NCBI GenBank assembly: GCA_963758495.1
Contig: CAVWVI010000004.1
Coordinates: forward strand, 736,001 to 800,000
Reading direction: 5' to 3'
DNA: 64,000 bases
Source of the DNA: Oligoflexia bacterium
GTDB lineage: Bacteria; Bdellovibrionota; UBA1018
The position numbers were made by a program, and so were the translations under genes. The notes under the pieces were generated by a model, which was not told the DNA's origin, ran no database searches, and saw only the letters and a program-made list of their open reading frames with translations. Of the stretch, positions 20,174 to 30,312 are shown piece by piece. The stretch's first letter is position 1. Each line of letters begins with the position of its first letter.

Positions 20174-21025
20174 TCACTGTTTTTGCTTATCAGCTTCATT
20201 CAAGACGCGATGAAGTCGATTTAAAATCTCCCACTTCACTCTGTCCTCACTGCTATCTAATACAAATTTATAGTGAAAGGGTTCATCCACCTTATTCCTC
20301 AACGAAACCCCAAAATCCACATTCCGCTGAATCATATGAGTCACCCACTTAGAGTACCAAAGAGCAAGCTTCTCACGGTATTCACTTTTAACTTCCACCA
20401 CCTTTAAAGCTTCCTCCCCGATCAGCCGCTTTAGGGTAAAAACTGAACTCCCAATAAACTGTTTAGAGTAGTTACTAGCAAGTATGGGGGAAAGATTGGC
20501 GCTAGGCTGAGGGAGCTCCTTTTCTAATAAAGCCAGCTCCTCACCAAAAATACGTAAAGCTTCTACAGACGCTCCTGGACTGGCTACTTCCATTTTTCGA
20601 TAATCTGCTGAATGAATCAGTCCATTATAAACCCCCTCCAATGAAGCTCCTTGATTCAAAGTATCCACCCAATTTCCAAAGTCAGCGCGATCTTTGGGTT
20701 CACGAATAAAAACTACTTGGAAAATTTCATGAAGAATTTCAGCATTTGCCTTAGCGTTTTTAGCCGCATTAGAAATAAATTCTTCATCTGATTGAGGCTT
20801 CGGAGTGTCTGTTTGCGCACTTTTAGGATCGGGACTCTTTTTTGCCTCTGGCTCATTCATCTGCGCCCACAAGACATTCCCTAGTTTTTGCAACCAAGTC
20901 CAATAGTGATTCACTTCAGGAGGTAAGGCATCACAAGCGCTGAATACGAAGAGACTGAAAAAAAGAACCGTTTTAACTCCAAATGTCAGACTGCGCGATT
21001 GATATTTCTGCAATTGCCCCCTCAC
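20174..21025 (-). CDS. Hypothetical lipoprotein
   Basis: Hydrophobic N-terminus ending FSAC (lipobox-like); 283-aa ORF coupled to the upstream gene. Confidence 0.7.
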   Translation of the reverse strand: MRGQLQKYQSRSLTFGVKTVLFFSLFVFSACDALPPEVNHYWTWLQKLGNVLWAQMNEPEAKKSPDPKSAQTDTPKPQSDEEFISNAAKNAKANAEILHEIFQVVFIREPKDRADFGNWVDTLNQGASLEGVYNGLIHSADYRKMEVASPGASVEALRIFGEELALLEKELPQPSANLSPILASNYSKQFIGSSVFTLKRLIGEEALKVVEVKSEYREKLALWYSKWVTHMIQRNVDFGVSLRNKVDEPFHYKFVLDSSEDRVKWEILNRLHRVLNEADKQKQ

Positions 21026-23379
21026 TTTCGTATATTTTTATATTCAAGCATAGCAGACAACCCTGCTCCAAAAAAATAAAGATAAACAACTCCCACCATG
21101 CATATAAAAAAGAGTAACCATCCTCCTATAACAAGATGAGCAGGTGGGTCCAGCTCCACTCGTAAATGAATTTTTGTTACGCCCTTAGGAACCCAGATCC
21201 CAGTTAATGCCCCATAGCTAGGAAAAACTTTCAGCGGTGAAGATTGAGAAGAAAAATCATGGGTAGACGCTCTCATATGATTTGCATAATTCATCGATAA
21301 AGTAAGAGGACAATCTGCCTGATTATCGACTTCAATTTCAAAGTCTTGCTTTGTAGAACCTTCCCTCATTTCCTTCACTTTTGAATTTTTGCAGATCGGA
21401 TTTACCGACTCCCTAAGATCTGCATTCATTACCGCTAAATCATTTTGAATCGTTAACGCCGCTTCCCCCATTTTTTCAGTACTATTACGATAAAGTCTCA
21501 ATAGGTACCCCAACTCATCAAATGACCGAACAAACGTAATACCAGAAGAAAACCACCCAGAACCTAACGTGAGCGGTAGATTTTTTATTTTAATATTACG
21601 ATTAGAATCCAATGAAATTACATACTGAACATTATAAATCTTTTGAAGGATATCGAATATATTCTTCAAAGGTTCATCAAAATGAATGACCGTTGCCTGG
21701 TAGTCCATTTGATTGAGAGCCTGGACAAGACGAGAATATCGCTCAAGAGGGAAAAAATATCCGTTCGGAATCGAAAAATCCAAAAATCGTCCAATGTTGA
21801 TATCATAGACAGGACTTACCCAATCTAGCTTTGCGCGAACAAATGGAGATTTCAGATCCGGAGCGTTTTGCAGAATTTCCTCTCTCAACCGCTCTCCCTG
21901 TGAATTGAAAACGTTCATCTCAATCAGTGGAAAATATCTCTCCTTAAAGGCAAAAATACTTCCGAGACCTAAAATAAGGAATAAAAAAACCGCCTTATGC
22001 CTGTTCCACTTTCCTGCTCTATTTTCATAGACAAACCAACCGCAACTTCCCCAAAGGATCACCTCCCTCACACCTGAAGGGACTCCAAAGAAAATCAGCA
22101 ATAGGAATAAAGAAAGGGAAAGAATTAAAATGACTCCTCTAAAATGAAATTGCCGTTTTAGCTCTCTCCACGTAAATGAAGCACTTTCTCGATGAGAAAT
22201 TAAAAAGGGAATCACACAAACAGGAAGAAGCAAAGTAAATGGCAAAACCGCTCGGGTAGGAACACGAAAAGATTTAAGGAAAGGAATCAAAGTAAGAAAC
22301 ACATCTGATATGGGGAAGACATTCATGCTAAAAAGCCAAGCTGCTACAAAACTGACACAGAGTCCAATGACCATTGAAAGCTGCGTTCTTGAAACTGCTA
22401 AAAACAAAAGAGCTAAAAAAGGTCCCCAGGGATAGTTGACCTCATGCCAAAATTGACCATCTCGATCTGACGGTATCACTGTCCTACTCCACGTAATCGA
22501 AGAAAACAAATCATTCCATGATCCGGTTAAATAAGAAAAAGTCACTTCCGAACCCTTTAGTCCCCTCGCCCCATCTCCGTTGAAAGCATGCCCCACTAAA
22601 AGAGAAAAAATATCCAGCGATAATCCAAAGGCCGCTAATACAATCAAAACGACAAAAAGAGCGGATTTCTTGGATAAATTCTTAGATAAAGGCTCACTAT
22701 AAAGAATGCCTATAAAAATGGGAAAACCAAAGATCACCCCATAAATAATCGGTTGCTGGAGAGTTGTATGAAAACACTCAAAACAAACGAGGAAAAAAAG
22801 CACACTATTTGTCAAACTTTGAGTCTGAGTCACTCCTGCCAAATAAACACTCATGGCTCCTATCGAAAAAAGCGTGCCCATCAGCATTCCCCAATGGCCA
22901 TTTGAAAATTTCCACGCCAGAACTGGAGCAAATGCAAAGATCCAAACTAAAGCTAACGTCAACAAATAAGAACGAACTAATCGACTTTGATTTTTGATAA
23001 AATAAATACTCTGAATGAGTCGAATACAAAGATAAGAATAGATAGCCTGAGAAAGCCATATTGCCAGATTAAGAATCATGACTGGAGAACAATTGAGTTT
23101 AGCTCCCAGCGCATATAACCCAGGCAACCCTGCGGCTTCAAATAACTTCACCCCCCCTAACCAATCCTGCCGATAGATCAGGTGTTTCCAATTTCCTGAA
23201 GCTTTAATGATTTCTAAAATATAGACAAAATCGATACTTAAGCCATCCAGGTAACTCAGAATTTTTCCAGGCGCCCAAGAGAAAAACACCACCCATGTCA
23301 ACACGATGATGCAAAAGCAGGTAAAGAATAAGCCTATGTCTTTTATTTCATTTTTCCATCGACTGGGAGATTCAATCAT
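21022..23379 (-). CDS. YfhO-like polytopic membrane protein (putative GT-C glycosyltransferase)
   Basis: Many TM helices, FRVPTR motif, large C-terminal soluble domain with GIWVPKG and a final TM helix. Confidence 0.65.
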   Translation of the reverse strand: MIESPSRWKNEIKDIGLFFTCFCIIVLTWVVFFSWAPGKILSYLDGLSIDFVYILEIIKASGNWKHLIYRQDWLGGVKLFEAAGLPGLYALGAKLNCSPVMILNLAIWLSQAIYSYLCIRLIQSIYFIKNQSRLVRSYLLTLALVWIFAFAPVLAWKFSNGHWGMLMGTLFSIGAMSVYLAGVTQTQSLTNSVLFFLVCFECFHTTLQQPIIYGVIFGFPIFIGILYSEPLSKNLSKKSALFVVLIVLAAFGLSLDIFSLLVGHAFNGDGARGLKGSEVTFSYLTGSWNDLFSSITWSRTVIPSDRDGQFWHEVNYPWGPFLALLFLAVSRTQLSMVIGLCVSFVAAWLFSMNVFPISDVFLTLIPFLKSFRVPTRAVLPFTLLLPVCVIPFLISHRESASFTWRELKRQFHFRGVILILSLSLFLLLIFFGVPSGVREVILWGSCGWFVYENRAGKWNRHKAVFLFLILGLGSIFAFKERYFPLIEMNVFNSQGERLREEILQNAPDLKSPFVRAKLDWVSPVYDINIGRFLDFSIPNGYFFPLERYSRLVQALNQMDYQATVIHFDEPLKNIFDILQKIYNVQYVISLDSNRNIKIKNLPLTLGSGWFSSGITFVRSFDELGYLLRLYRNSTEKMGEAALTIQNDLAVMNADLRESVNPICKNSKVKEMREGSTKQDFEIEVDNQADCPLTLSMNYANHMRASTHDFSSQSSPLKVFPSYGALTGIWVPKGVTKIHLRVELDPPAHLVIGGWLLFFICMVGVVYLYFFGAGLSAMLEYKNIRK

Positions 23380-23532
23380 ACTCCCTATGGTAAATTGCTT
23401 TATTAGAAAACAGAATGAATTCTATAACCGTTGAAATTATTGGAGAATTTTTACCACCCCTCTTATTTAATGAATGAATCCCCCAGTCATTTAACCAACC
23501 GGACGACGGGGAATGACATAGCTCATTCACTC

Positions 23533-23561
23533 TTGAAAAATAGTATCATTATTGATATTAT
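23533..23561 (+). promoter_or_regulatory. Sigma-70 promoter of hicAB with overlapping palindromic operator
   Basis: TTGAAA-17 bp-TATTAT; inverted repeat ATAGTATCA-N4-TGATATTAT (one mismatch) at 23540-23561. Confidence 0.65.
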
Positions 23562-23568
23562 AGATTTA

Positions 23569-23844
23569 ATGGCAGCTACCGACAAGATTCTATGGCAAAT
23601 GAGGGAGAGCCCAAAAAATGTGAGGTTTGATGACCTCTCCAGAGTTTGTCGGAAATATTTTGGAGAACCTAGACAAAATGGAACAAGTCATCGAATTTAT
23701 AAAACCCCTTGGGCCGGAGATCCCAGGGTCAATATTCAAAAAGGTGACAGTGGCAAAGCCAAACATTATCAAGTCCAACAAGTCGTAGAAGCAATCGACA
23801 GACTAGAAGCAGAAAAGAAGAAGCATGAAAGGGAAGGTAAGTGA
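23569..23844 (+). CDS. hicA: HicA-like toxin
   Basis: PKNVRFDDL..C..YFGEPRQ.GTSH.IYKTPW.GDPRVNIQ...GKAK.YQV pattern; paired with hicB. Confidence 0.85.
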   Translation: MAATDKILWQMRESPKNVRFDDLSRVCRKYFGEPRQNGTSHRIYKTPWAGDPRVNIQKGDSGKAKHYQVQQVVEAIDRLEAEKKKHEREGK

Positions 23845-24176
23845 CTATGAATATTGCAAAAAAATATACTTATCGAGTCAGCTGGTCTGAAGAAGATCAA
23901 GAATACGTGGGCTTATGCGCGGAGTTTCCTAGTTTGAGCTGGCTTGCAAAAACTCAAGAAAAAGCTCTCAGCGGAATTTCGAATCTTGTTGAAGATGTCC
24001 TCAAGGATCTGATGACCCACACAGAAGAAATCCCGGAGCCGCTCTCTTTAAAAAAATATAGTGGAAAATTTCAAGTTCGCATTCCTCCTCAAATCCATAG
24101 AAAACTTGATATTGAGGCGCATGAATCCCACATCAGTCTCAATAGATTAATCAGTGCCAAATTGGCTAATGGGTAA
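23841..24176 (+). CDS. hicB: HicB-like antitoxin
   Basis: YTYRVSWSEEDQEYVGLCAEFPSLSW, IPEPL, YSGKFQVRIPP..HR.L, SLNR (RHH). Confidence 0.9.
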   Translation: MTMNIAKKYTYRVSWSEEDQEYVGLCAEFPSLSWLAKTQEKALSGISNLVEDVLKDLMTHTEEIPEPLSLKKYSGKFQVRIPPQIHRKLDIEAHESHISLNRLISAKLANG

Positions 24177-24237
24177 ATATGCTATTGAGGCTCAGCGGTT
24201 TTCCACATAGTTATGCACATTAAACATAATAATAGTC

Positions 24238-25563
24238 ATGCACGAAAACCTAGGCATGAAGTTCACAAACCGAACTGCAGAATTCATCGAACTCAATCAA
24301 CTCACCCAAAAGACTGGCATGCTCGTCATTTTTGGAAGAAGAAGAGTGGGAAAAACTCGTCTTATCACTCAATGGCTGAAGAAAAATGAAGGTTTGTATA
24401 CGCAAGCCATCGAAGGAGATCCGCATCTTCAACTCAAACAGATCTTTGACGATATTCAACCTTACTTAAGTACTTCAATTACACCCAAAACATGGAAAGA
24501 GTTTTTTGAAGTCTTAGAAATACAGAAAAAACCCTTAGTTTTCTGTATTGATGAATTTCCTTACTTAGTAGCTTCAGATCGCTCTTTACCCAGCATCTTC
24601 CAAAAATGGCTTGACCACGGCAATAGAAAGCAGATTTCTATTATTCTAATTGGCTCCAGTACTAACATGATGAACGATTTATTTTTGAATCGTTCTGCTC
24701 CCCTTTTTGGAAGAGCGACCAAAATTCTTCATATCGAGCCCATGGGTTATCCAGAGTTTTGTAGTGCTCTTGAACATCCCCAGGGATCTCAAGATTCCTT
24801 TTCTAAATTCTCTCTCGTTGGAGGGATACCGAAATATTGGGAATTCATAGAAGCAAAAATGAATGCCATTGAATCTGCCGAAAACTTATATTTCGGTTTT
24901 GCACCCTATATGGAAAATGAACCTAAACGAATCCTGTCAGATGAAAATATCTCAGGGCTCAATTCAATCAGTATTTTAGAGGTCGTTGGCAGAGGAGCTC
25001 ATAAACCTTCTGAAATTGCGCAACGTCTTGAAACAGCTCAAACTAATTTATCACGATATTTACAACAACTGAGTGATGCTTCTATTTTAATCCGAGAAAT
25101 CCCGTTTGGAGAAAGTCTTAGAAACTCAAAAAAATCGCTTTATCAAATCAAAGATCCAGCAATTCGCTTTTGGTACAGCACATTTAGCCCCCATCGAGTT
25201 TTATGGCAAACTTATGACACGTCTAAAAAAGCCCATCTCCTCAATCTTCACGCTTCCGCTGTATTCGAGAATCATTGTCGTCAGCTTTTCTTAAACGCTT
25301 CTCGGTATTGGGAGAAAGAAATTGAATTTGATATGGTTCGAACTCCGCATGATCCAGCGAACTCCGAAAACGACATCATTATTTCAGAAGTAAAATTTAA
25401 GAAACTCCTCAAAAAAGATCGCACTGACATTTTAGCTCGCTTAAAGTTCAGATGGAACCAAACTCAACTCTCAAAAAAGTACACTCATCCAAAATTTGAG
25501 GTTCTTGATCTAGAGATCCTTTCATCTATGCAGGCCATTGAATCTACATTAGGTGATCTCTAA
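24238..25563 (+). CDS. Archaeal-type AAA ATPase with wHTH and C-terminal DUF234/PD-(D/E)XK-like domain
   Basis: FTNRTAE, GRRRVGKT, IDEFPYL, PLFGR, GGIPKY, DPAIRFW, RYW..EFD...EVK. Confidence 0.85.
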   Translation: MHENLGMKFTNRTAEFIELNQLTQKTGMLVIFGRRRVGKTRLITQWLKKNEGLYTQAIEGDPHLQLKQIFDDIQPYLSTSITPKTWKEFFEVLEIQKKPLVFCIDEFPYLVASDRSLPSIFQKWLDHGNRKQISIILIGSSTNMMNDLFLNRSAPLFGRATKILHIEPMGYPEFCSALEHPQGSQDSFSKFSLVGGIPKYWEFIEAKMNAIESAENLYFGFAPYMENEPKRILSDENISGLNSISILEVVGRGAHKPSEIAQRLETAQTNLSRYLQQLSDASILIREIPFGESLRNSKKSLYQIKDPAIRFWYSTFSPHRVLWQTYDTSKKAHLLNLHASAVFENHCRQLFLNASRYWEKEIEFDMVRTPHDPANSENDIIISEVKFKKLLKKDRTDILARLKFRWNQTQLSKKYTHPKFEVLDLEILSSMQAIESTLGDL

Positions 25564-25572
25564 TACTGACAT

Positions 25573-26466
25573 CTAACCCTTACTAAACGGTACTCCCAAT
25601 GCCCGAGGAGCGCGGGCATGACCCACAAAACCCGCCAAAACAAATACCGTAACTAAATAAGGCAAGATTTGAATAAATTGAACAGGAACAGGCTCAGTTC
25701 CCCAAAGAACGATTCCTTGAAGTCGAATCTGAAGCGCATCCGTAAAACCAAATAACAAACAGGCCAGCGCCGTAGGAATGGGTTTCCATTTCCCAAATAT
25801 CAAGGCCGCAAGTGCCATGAATCCCCTACCCGCAGTCATATTTCTTGTAAAAGAAGATGCTAAAAAGATAGAGAGCGATGCGCCTCCTAGAGCGGCTAAT
25901 CCTCCACTCGTGAGAACTGCGATCCAGCGAACCCGCTTCACTCCTATGCCTGCAGAATCCAGTGCTTCAGGATGCTCTCCAGCAAATTGAACCCAAAGGC
26001 CCAAAGGGGTGTAATTCATCATCACCCAACTCAAGAAAACCAAGATCCACGCACCCCACACTGGAGCGGACTGAAGTCTGAACTCAAGAGGGATACTGGG
26101 GCTCGACGTGCTTGAACCATAGAGTATTTTTAGAATGAAGGGGGTCACCCCTGCTGCAAACATATTGATGGCCGTACCGGCCACAATCTGATCAGCACGT
26201 AATTCGATCACAAAAAATGCATAAAATGCTGCGAGTAAGATTCCTGCGCCCACAGCACCGATAATTCCCAGCCCGGGGGAATGCATTGAAAATGCAATAG
26301 CGGAAGCAGCCAATGCACCTACTAACATCATTCCTTCCAAAGCGATATTCACCACTCCAGAACGTTCACTCACCATTCCACCTAAGGCGGCAAAAAGTAA
26401 CGGAGTAGAAACCCGTAAAGTTGTACTCAATATCTGAAACAGGGAAATCATGAACTCAAGTGGCAT
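25573..26466 (-). CDS. Nucleoside/sugar ABC permease
   Basis: PLLFAALGG..SERSGVVNIALEG, GRGFMALAALIFGKW, PRALGVP. Confidence 0.92.
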   Translation of the reverse strand: MPLEFMISLFQILSTTLRVSTPLLFAALGGMVSERSGVVNIALEGMMLVGALAASAIAFSMHSPGLGIIGAVGAGILLAAFYAFFVIELRADQIVAGTAINMFAAGVTPFILKILYGSSTSSPSIPLEFRLQSAPVWGAWILVFLSWVMMNYTPLGLWVQFAGEHPEALDSAGIGVKRVRWIAVLTSGGLAALGGASLSIFLASSFTRNMTAGRGFMALAALIFGKWKPIPTALACLLFGFTDALQIRLQGIVLWGTEPVPVQFIQILPYLVTVFVLAGFVGHARAPRALGVPFSKG

Positions 26467-26484
26467 AAATTCAATCGCCTCACA

Positions 26485-27582
26485 TCATAAGTTTTCTGTG
26501 GATTCTGCTGGAAGTTTCACTTTTGATTGAGACTTAAATCCAAATCGTTTGCCGAAAACACTCCACAAGCCATTTGCCGAAACACATAAAATAACAAGTG
26601 ACTGGAGAATCAATGAAAAATCTCGTGTCACATTTTCGGTTTCCATGTCGAGATCAGAAGTTCCTTTATGAAGGGCACCAAAGAGGAAAGCCGATGCAAT
26701 CACCCCTAAAGGTCGATTTCGACCCAAAAGTGCTACTGCGATTCCCATAAACCCATAGCCAGGAGAAAATCCTAATTTAAACCGTCCTGCATTTCCAAGT
26801 ACTTCACTCACGCCCACTAATCCGGCAAGACCACCTGAAATAGTCATAGCCAGAATTCGAATCTTAGCGGCGTCGATTCCAGCAGCACGGGCAGCTGACT
26901 CGCTCTGTCCAACTGCACGAATTTCATATCCCAGAGCAGTTTTCCAAAGAAAAAACCAAAATAATACGGCCACAAATAAAGCGATGAAAATCGCCACGCT
27001 TACCGGCGCTTCTCCAAAGAAGTTCAGATGAGAAATCAAATAGCCTGGACCCACAGACTCAGTTTCTGGATTTTGAGTATTTGGATTTTTTAATAAATAC
27101 AGCGTGACCCAACTGCACATCCCAGAAGCAATAAAGTTGAGCATAATCGTATTAATAACTTCATGACTTCCTCTTCTCGCGCGAAGCCATCCTGGAATTG
27201 CACCCCATAGAGCAGCTGCACAAAATGCTGCAATACCCGCGAGTAAAGGCGCCCAGGGTGAAGACAGATTCGGGAAAAAAATTCCAACCGCCGCTGCTGC
27301 TAACGCCCCTAATGCAAGCTGTCCTTCTGCACCAATATTAAAAAGACCCGCGTGAAATGCAAATGCAACTGAAAGACCTGTAAAAATTAAAGGAGTTGCA
27401 TAAAAGAGAGTCATTCCAAAGTCGTAACGGGAACCAAAGGCGCTTTTCACAAGAATTTGAAAAACGTTCCATGGGTTTTCACCTGCGATTTGAGTGATCA
27501 ACAGCCCAATTCCCAGTCCTAAAATAACCGAACAAAGAGGCTTTAAGAGATCTAATAACTTTTGTTTAATAAGAGGGCTCAT
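26485..27582 (-). CDS. Nucleoside/sugar ABC permease
   Basis: PLIFTGL, GLFNIGAEGQ, HEVINTIMLN, GFMGIAVALL. Confidence 0.92.
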   Translation of the reverse strand: MSPLIKQKLLDLLKPLCSVILGLGIGLLITQIAGENPWNVFQILVKSAFGSRYDFGMTLFYATPLIFTGLSVAFAFHAGLFNIGAEGQLALGALAAAAVGIFFPNLSSPWAPLLAGIAAFCAAALWGAIPGWLRARRGSHEVINTIMLNFIASGMCSWVTLYLLKNPNTQNPETESVGPGYLISHLNFFGEAPVSVAIFIALFVAVLFWFFLWKTALGYEIRAVGQSESAARAAGIDAAKIRILAMTISGGLAGLVGVSEVLGNAGRFKLGFSPGYGFMGIAVALLGRNRPLGVIASAFLFGALHKGTSDLDMETENVTRDFSLILQSLVILCVSANGLWSVFGKRFGFKSQSKVKLPAESTENL

Positions 27583-29135
27583 ACGCTCACAGCTCCTCCC
27601 ATTCGGAGACCCAAAACCTTCTCAGATACTTCGCCACGATTGAACTCCGCAACGATTCGCCCCTCGTACATCACTAAAATTCGATCGGAGAGCGCAAAGA
27701 TCTCATCAAGCTCTGACGAAATAAGCAAAACCCCGCTCCCTTGTGCGCGGGCCGCCAAGATTCGTTTATGTATAAACTCAATTGCACCTACATCCACTCC
27801 GCGAGTGGGTTGAGCAGCAATTAAAAACTGAGGCGAATATTGAAACTCTCTCGCAATCACCAATTTTTGTTGATTTCCCCCTGAGAGGGCCGCTGAAAGA
27901 ATTTGACTAGAACGGGGTCGAATATCATATTCTTCAAAAACGCTCTTTATAGTTTCATTGAGGTGTTTTAAGGAGATCAGCCCTTTTTTATAAAAAGGCT
28001 TTCTTCGTTGAATACCTAAAAGAAAGCTCTCCCAAACTGGCCGCCCCAGGAGCAAGGCATCCCGATGACGATCATCTGGGACCACTCCAACGCCCAAAGC
28101 TTTCACTTGATCAGCATTAAAATTTCGAACATCTTTTCCAAATAAACGGAGAGAACCCTTCATCTGAGCAGAATAATCTTTTGGATGAAGAAGAAGCTGA
28201 AGTAATTCTGCTTGCCCATTTCCTTCAACACCTGAGATTCCTACAATTTCTCCCTTTCGAATTCGAATATTTAAATTTTGAAGTGGGCGATTCACAGCAA
28301 GGCTGACATCATCCATCTCCAAAACGGGAGCACCTAAAACCGCTACTGGGGGAGTTTCACCTTGAAGGCTCACCTTCCGTCCCACCATCAATGACGCTAG
28401 ATCTTCTACATTGGTTTCATGAGTTTCGCGTTCACCTACAACACGCCCCGCCCGAAAAACAGTGACACGATCCGCAAGGCTCATCACTTCTTTAAGCTTA
28501 TGTGTAATGATCAGAACCGTTTTTCCCTGATCGCAAAGTTTTTTTAAATTAGCAAATAACTCTGTCGTTTCTTGAGGGGTGAGCACAGCTGTAGGCTCAT
28601 CTAAAATTAAAATTTTTGCATCCCGATAAAGAAGCTTTAGAATCTCAATCCTTTGTTGGACTCCTACCGATAAATCCTCAACTTTTGCATCCCAATCTAC
28701 ATGCAGACCATATTGCCGCGAAATCAGCTCAAGTTTCTTTCGTGCCGACTCATAATCGATTGGACGAAATATGCGGGGTAACCATTTCCAACGAGAAGAA
28801 GATTGTTCAACGCCTAATAGAATATTATTGAGTACGGTCAGAGGGCCACCCAACATAAAATGTTGATGGACCATGCCAATTCCACATTGAATAGCATCAA
28901 ATGGAGATGACCACGCCTTAAGGCGCCCCCCCCAAAGATCGCCGTTGATAAAAATATTACCTTGATCAGGCTGGTAAGTTCCATACAGGAGTTTCATTGC
29001 TGTGGATTTACCCGCACCGTTTTCGCCGACAATGGCGTGGATGCTTCCTGTTTTAACTTTTAAATGGATTTCTGCATTGGCACAAACACCATTAAAAGAT
29101 TTACTCAGTCCTTGAAGTTCAACGGCAAATTTCAT
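27579..29135 (-). CDS. Nucleoside/sugar ABC ATPase (two NBDs)
   Basis: GENGAGKST, IGMVHQHFML, ILDEPTAVLTPQE, LSGGNQQK, QPTRGVD. Confidence 0.95.
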   Translation of the reverse strand: MKFAVELQGLSKSFNGVCANAEIHLKVKTGSIHAIVGENGAGKSTAMKLLYGTYQPDQGNIFINGDLWGGRLKAWSSPFDAIQCGIGMVHQHFMLGGPLTVLNNILLGVEQSSSRWKWLPRIFRPIDYESARKKLELISRQYGLHVDWDAKVEDLSVGVQQRIEILKLLYRDAKILILDEPTAVLTPQETTELFANLKKLCDQGKTVLIITHKLKEVMSLADRVTVFRAGRVVGERETHETNVEDLASLMVGRKVSLQGETPPVAVLGAPVLEMDDVSLAVNRPLQNLNIRIRKGEIVGISGVEGNGQAELLQLLLHPKDYSAQMKGSLRLFGKDVRNFNADQVKALGVGVVPDDRHRDALLLGRPVWESFLLGIQRRKPFYKKGLISLKHLNETIKSVFEEYDIRPRSSQILSAALSGGNQQKLVIAREFQYSPQFLIAAQPTRGVDVGAIEFIHKRILAARAQGSGVLLISSELDEIFALSDRILVMYEGRIVAEFNRGEVSEKVLGLRMGGAVSV

Positions 29136-30157
29136 TTTCTAGTTTTATAATAATCGGGCACTTGAATTTTACCCGAAATAATTTCAATCTTTAACTCATC
29201 CGCTCGCTTCTTAACGAGTGGCAATAGCAACTTATTATTATCATTATCAAACGTGTAGTCGACCCCCTGATTGGCTAGTCCAAATCGTTGAGTACCTGCC
29301 GTAAATTTTCCTTGGGCTGCATCTTTACATGCCGTAAAAACAGCCTGGTCCACTCGTTTGACCATACTAGTCAATACAAAACCTGGCTTGACCCAATTCT
29401 GATTTGAATCAACACCTATCGCTAACTTCTTCTTTTCTTCGGCTGCGTCAAACAACCCCATCCCAGAAGCCCCTGCTGCAGAAAAAATAACATCAGCGCC
29501 TTGATCATATTGTGAAATCGCTAAGACCTTCTCTCCTGCAGGATTATTCCACGAATCAGCAGTCAGTCCGACATAATTTGATATGACTTTAATCTTCGGG
29601 TTAATGTGTTTAGCTCCTGCCTCAAATCCAACCTTAAATCGACGAATCAGCGGAATATCCACTCCGCCAATAAAGCCTACCGTTCCAGTCTTTGAAGTTT
29701 GAGCCGCAATAGCTCCTACAATAAATGAACCTTCATGTTCCTCAAATAAAAGAGATCTCACATTAGGAGCGTTTACTTCTCCATCTACAATTGCAAAATG
29801 TCCCTGAGGATAATCTGCCGCTACTTTTTTAAGCGCATCTACTTGCGAAACACCTATTGAAATAATTAAATCAAACTTGTTCTTTGCGAACCCTCGAATC
29901 GCCGGCTCAAATGCATTATCATCCGTTGCTTCTACAACCTTTACAAAAGACTTCGATTCACTTTTAAACTGCATTGCACCTTTATAAGCAGCAGAATTAA
30001 AAGATTTGTCATCCTTACCGCCCTTATCCAACACGAGGCCTATCCGAATATCAGCTGCAGCAGCTAAGTGCCCGACTAAAAGACTCCAAATGGCAATAAA
30101 AATTAAAAAATTCTTCGATGACTTTCTAAAAATATTCATGCGCCTCTCTTCTCGCAC
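29132..30157 (-). CDS. BMP-family substrate-binding protein
   Basis: GGKDDKSFNSAA, FEEHEGSF, GADVIF, IGVDSNQ, LTSMVKRVD. Confidence 0.93.
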   Translation of the reverse strand: MREERRMNIFRKSSKNFLIFIAIWSLLVGHLAAAADIRIGLVLDKGGKDDKSFNSAAYKGAMQFKSESKSFVKVVEATDDNAFEPAIRGFAKNKFDLIISIGVSQVDALKKVAADYPQGHFAIVDGEVNAPNVRSLLFEEHEGSFIVGAIAAQTSKTGTVGFIGGVDIPLIRRFKVGFEAGAKHINPKIKVISNYVGLTADSWNNPAGEKVLAISQYDQGADVIFSAAGASGMGLFDAAEEKKKLAIGVDSNQNWVKPGFVLTSMVKRVDQAVFTACKDAAQGKFTAGTQRFGLANQGVDYTFDNDNNKLLLPLVKKRADELKIEIISGKIQVPDYYKTRK

Positions 30158-30312
30158 ATCCTGTGCGCTGGCTCAACCGCTAACATAACTATTCAACGCT
30201 AAACTTGTGATCATAAATTTTTTCTTGACAGAAATATTGCGTAGCGTTAGATAGATGCTCGCTAGACACCTAAGAATTGTGGCATATCAAAAGGAAATAT
30301 TAAGAGAAGTCT

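Noticed and set aside
23431..23568. N-terminal extension of HicA in the ORF track
   Set aside because: The region contains the promoter and operator; the family-like sequence starts at ATG 23569.
30279..30296. Sigma-54 promoter (TGGCAT...) upstream of the degenerate bEBP
   Set aside because: There is no GC at the -12 position; GG-N10 is followed by GG.
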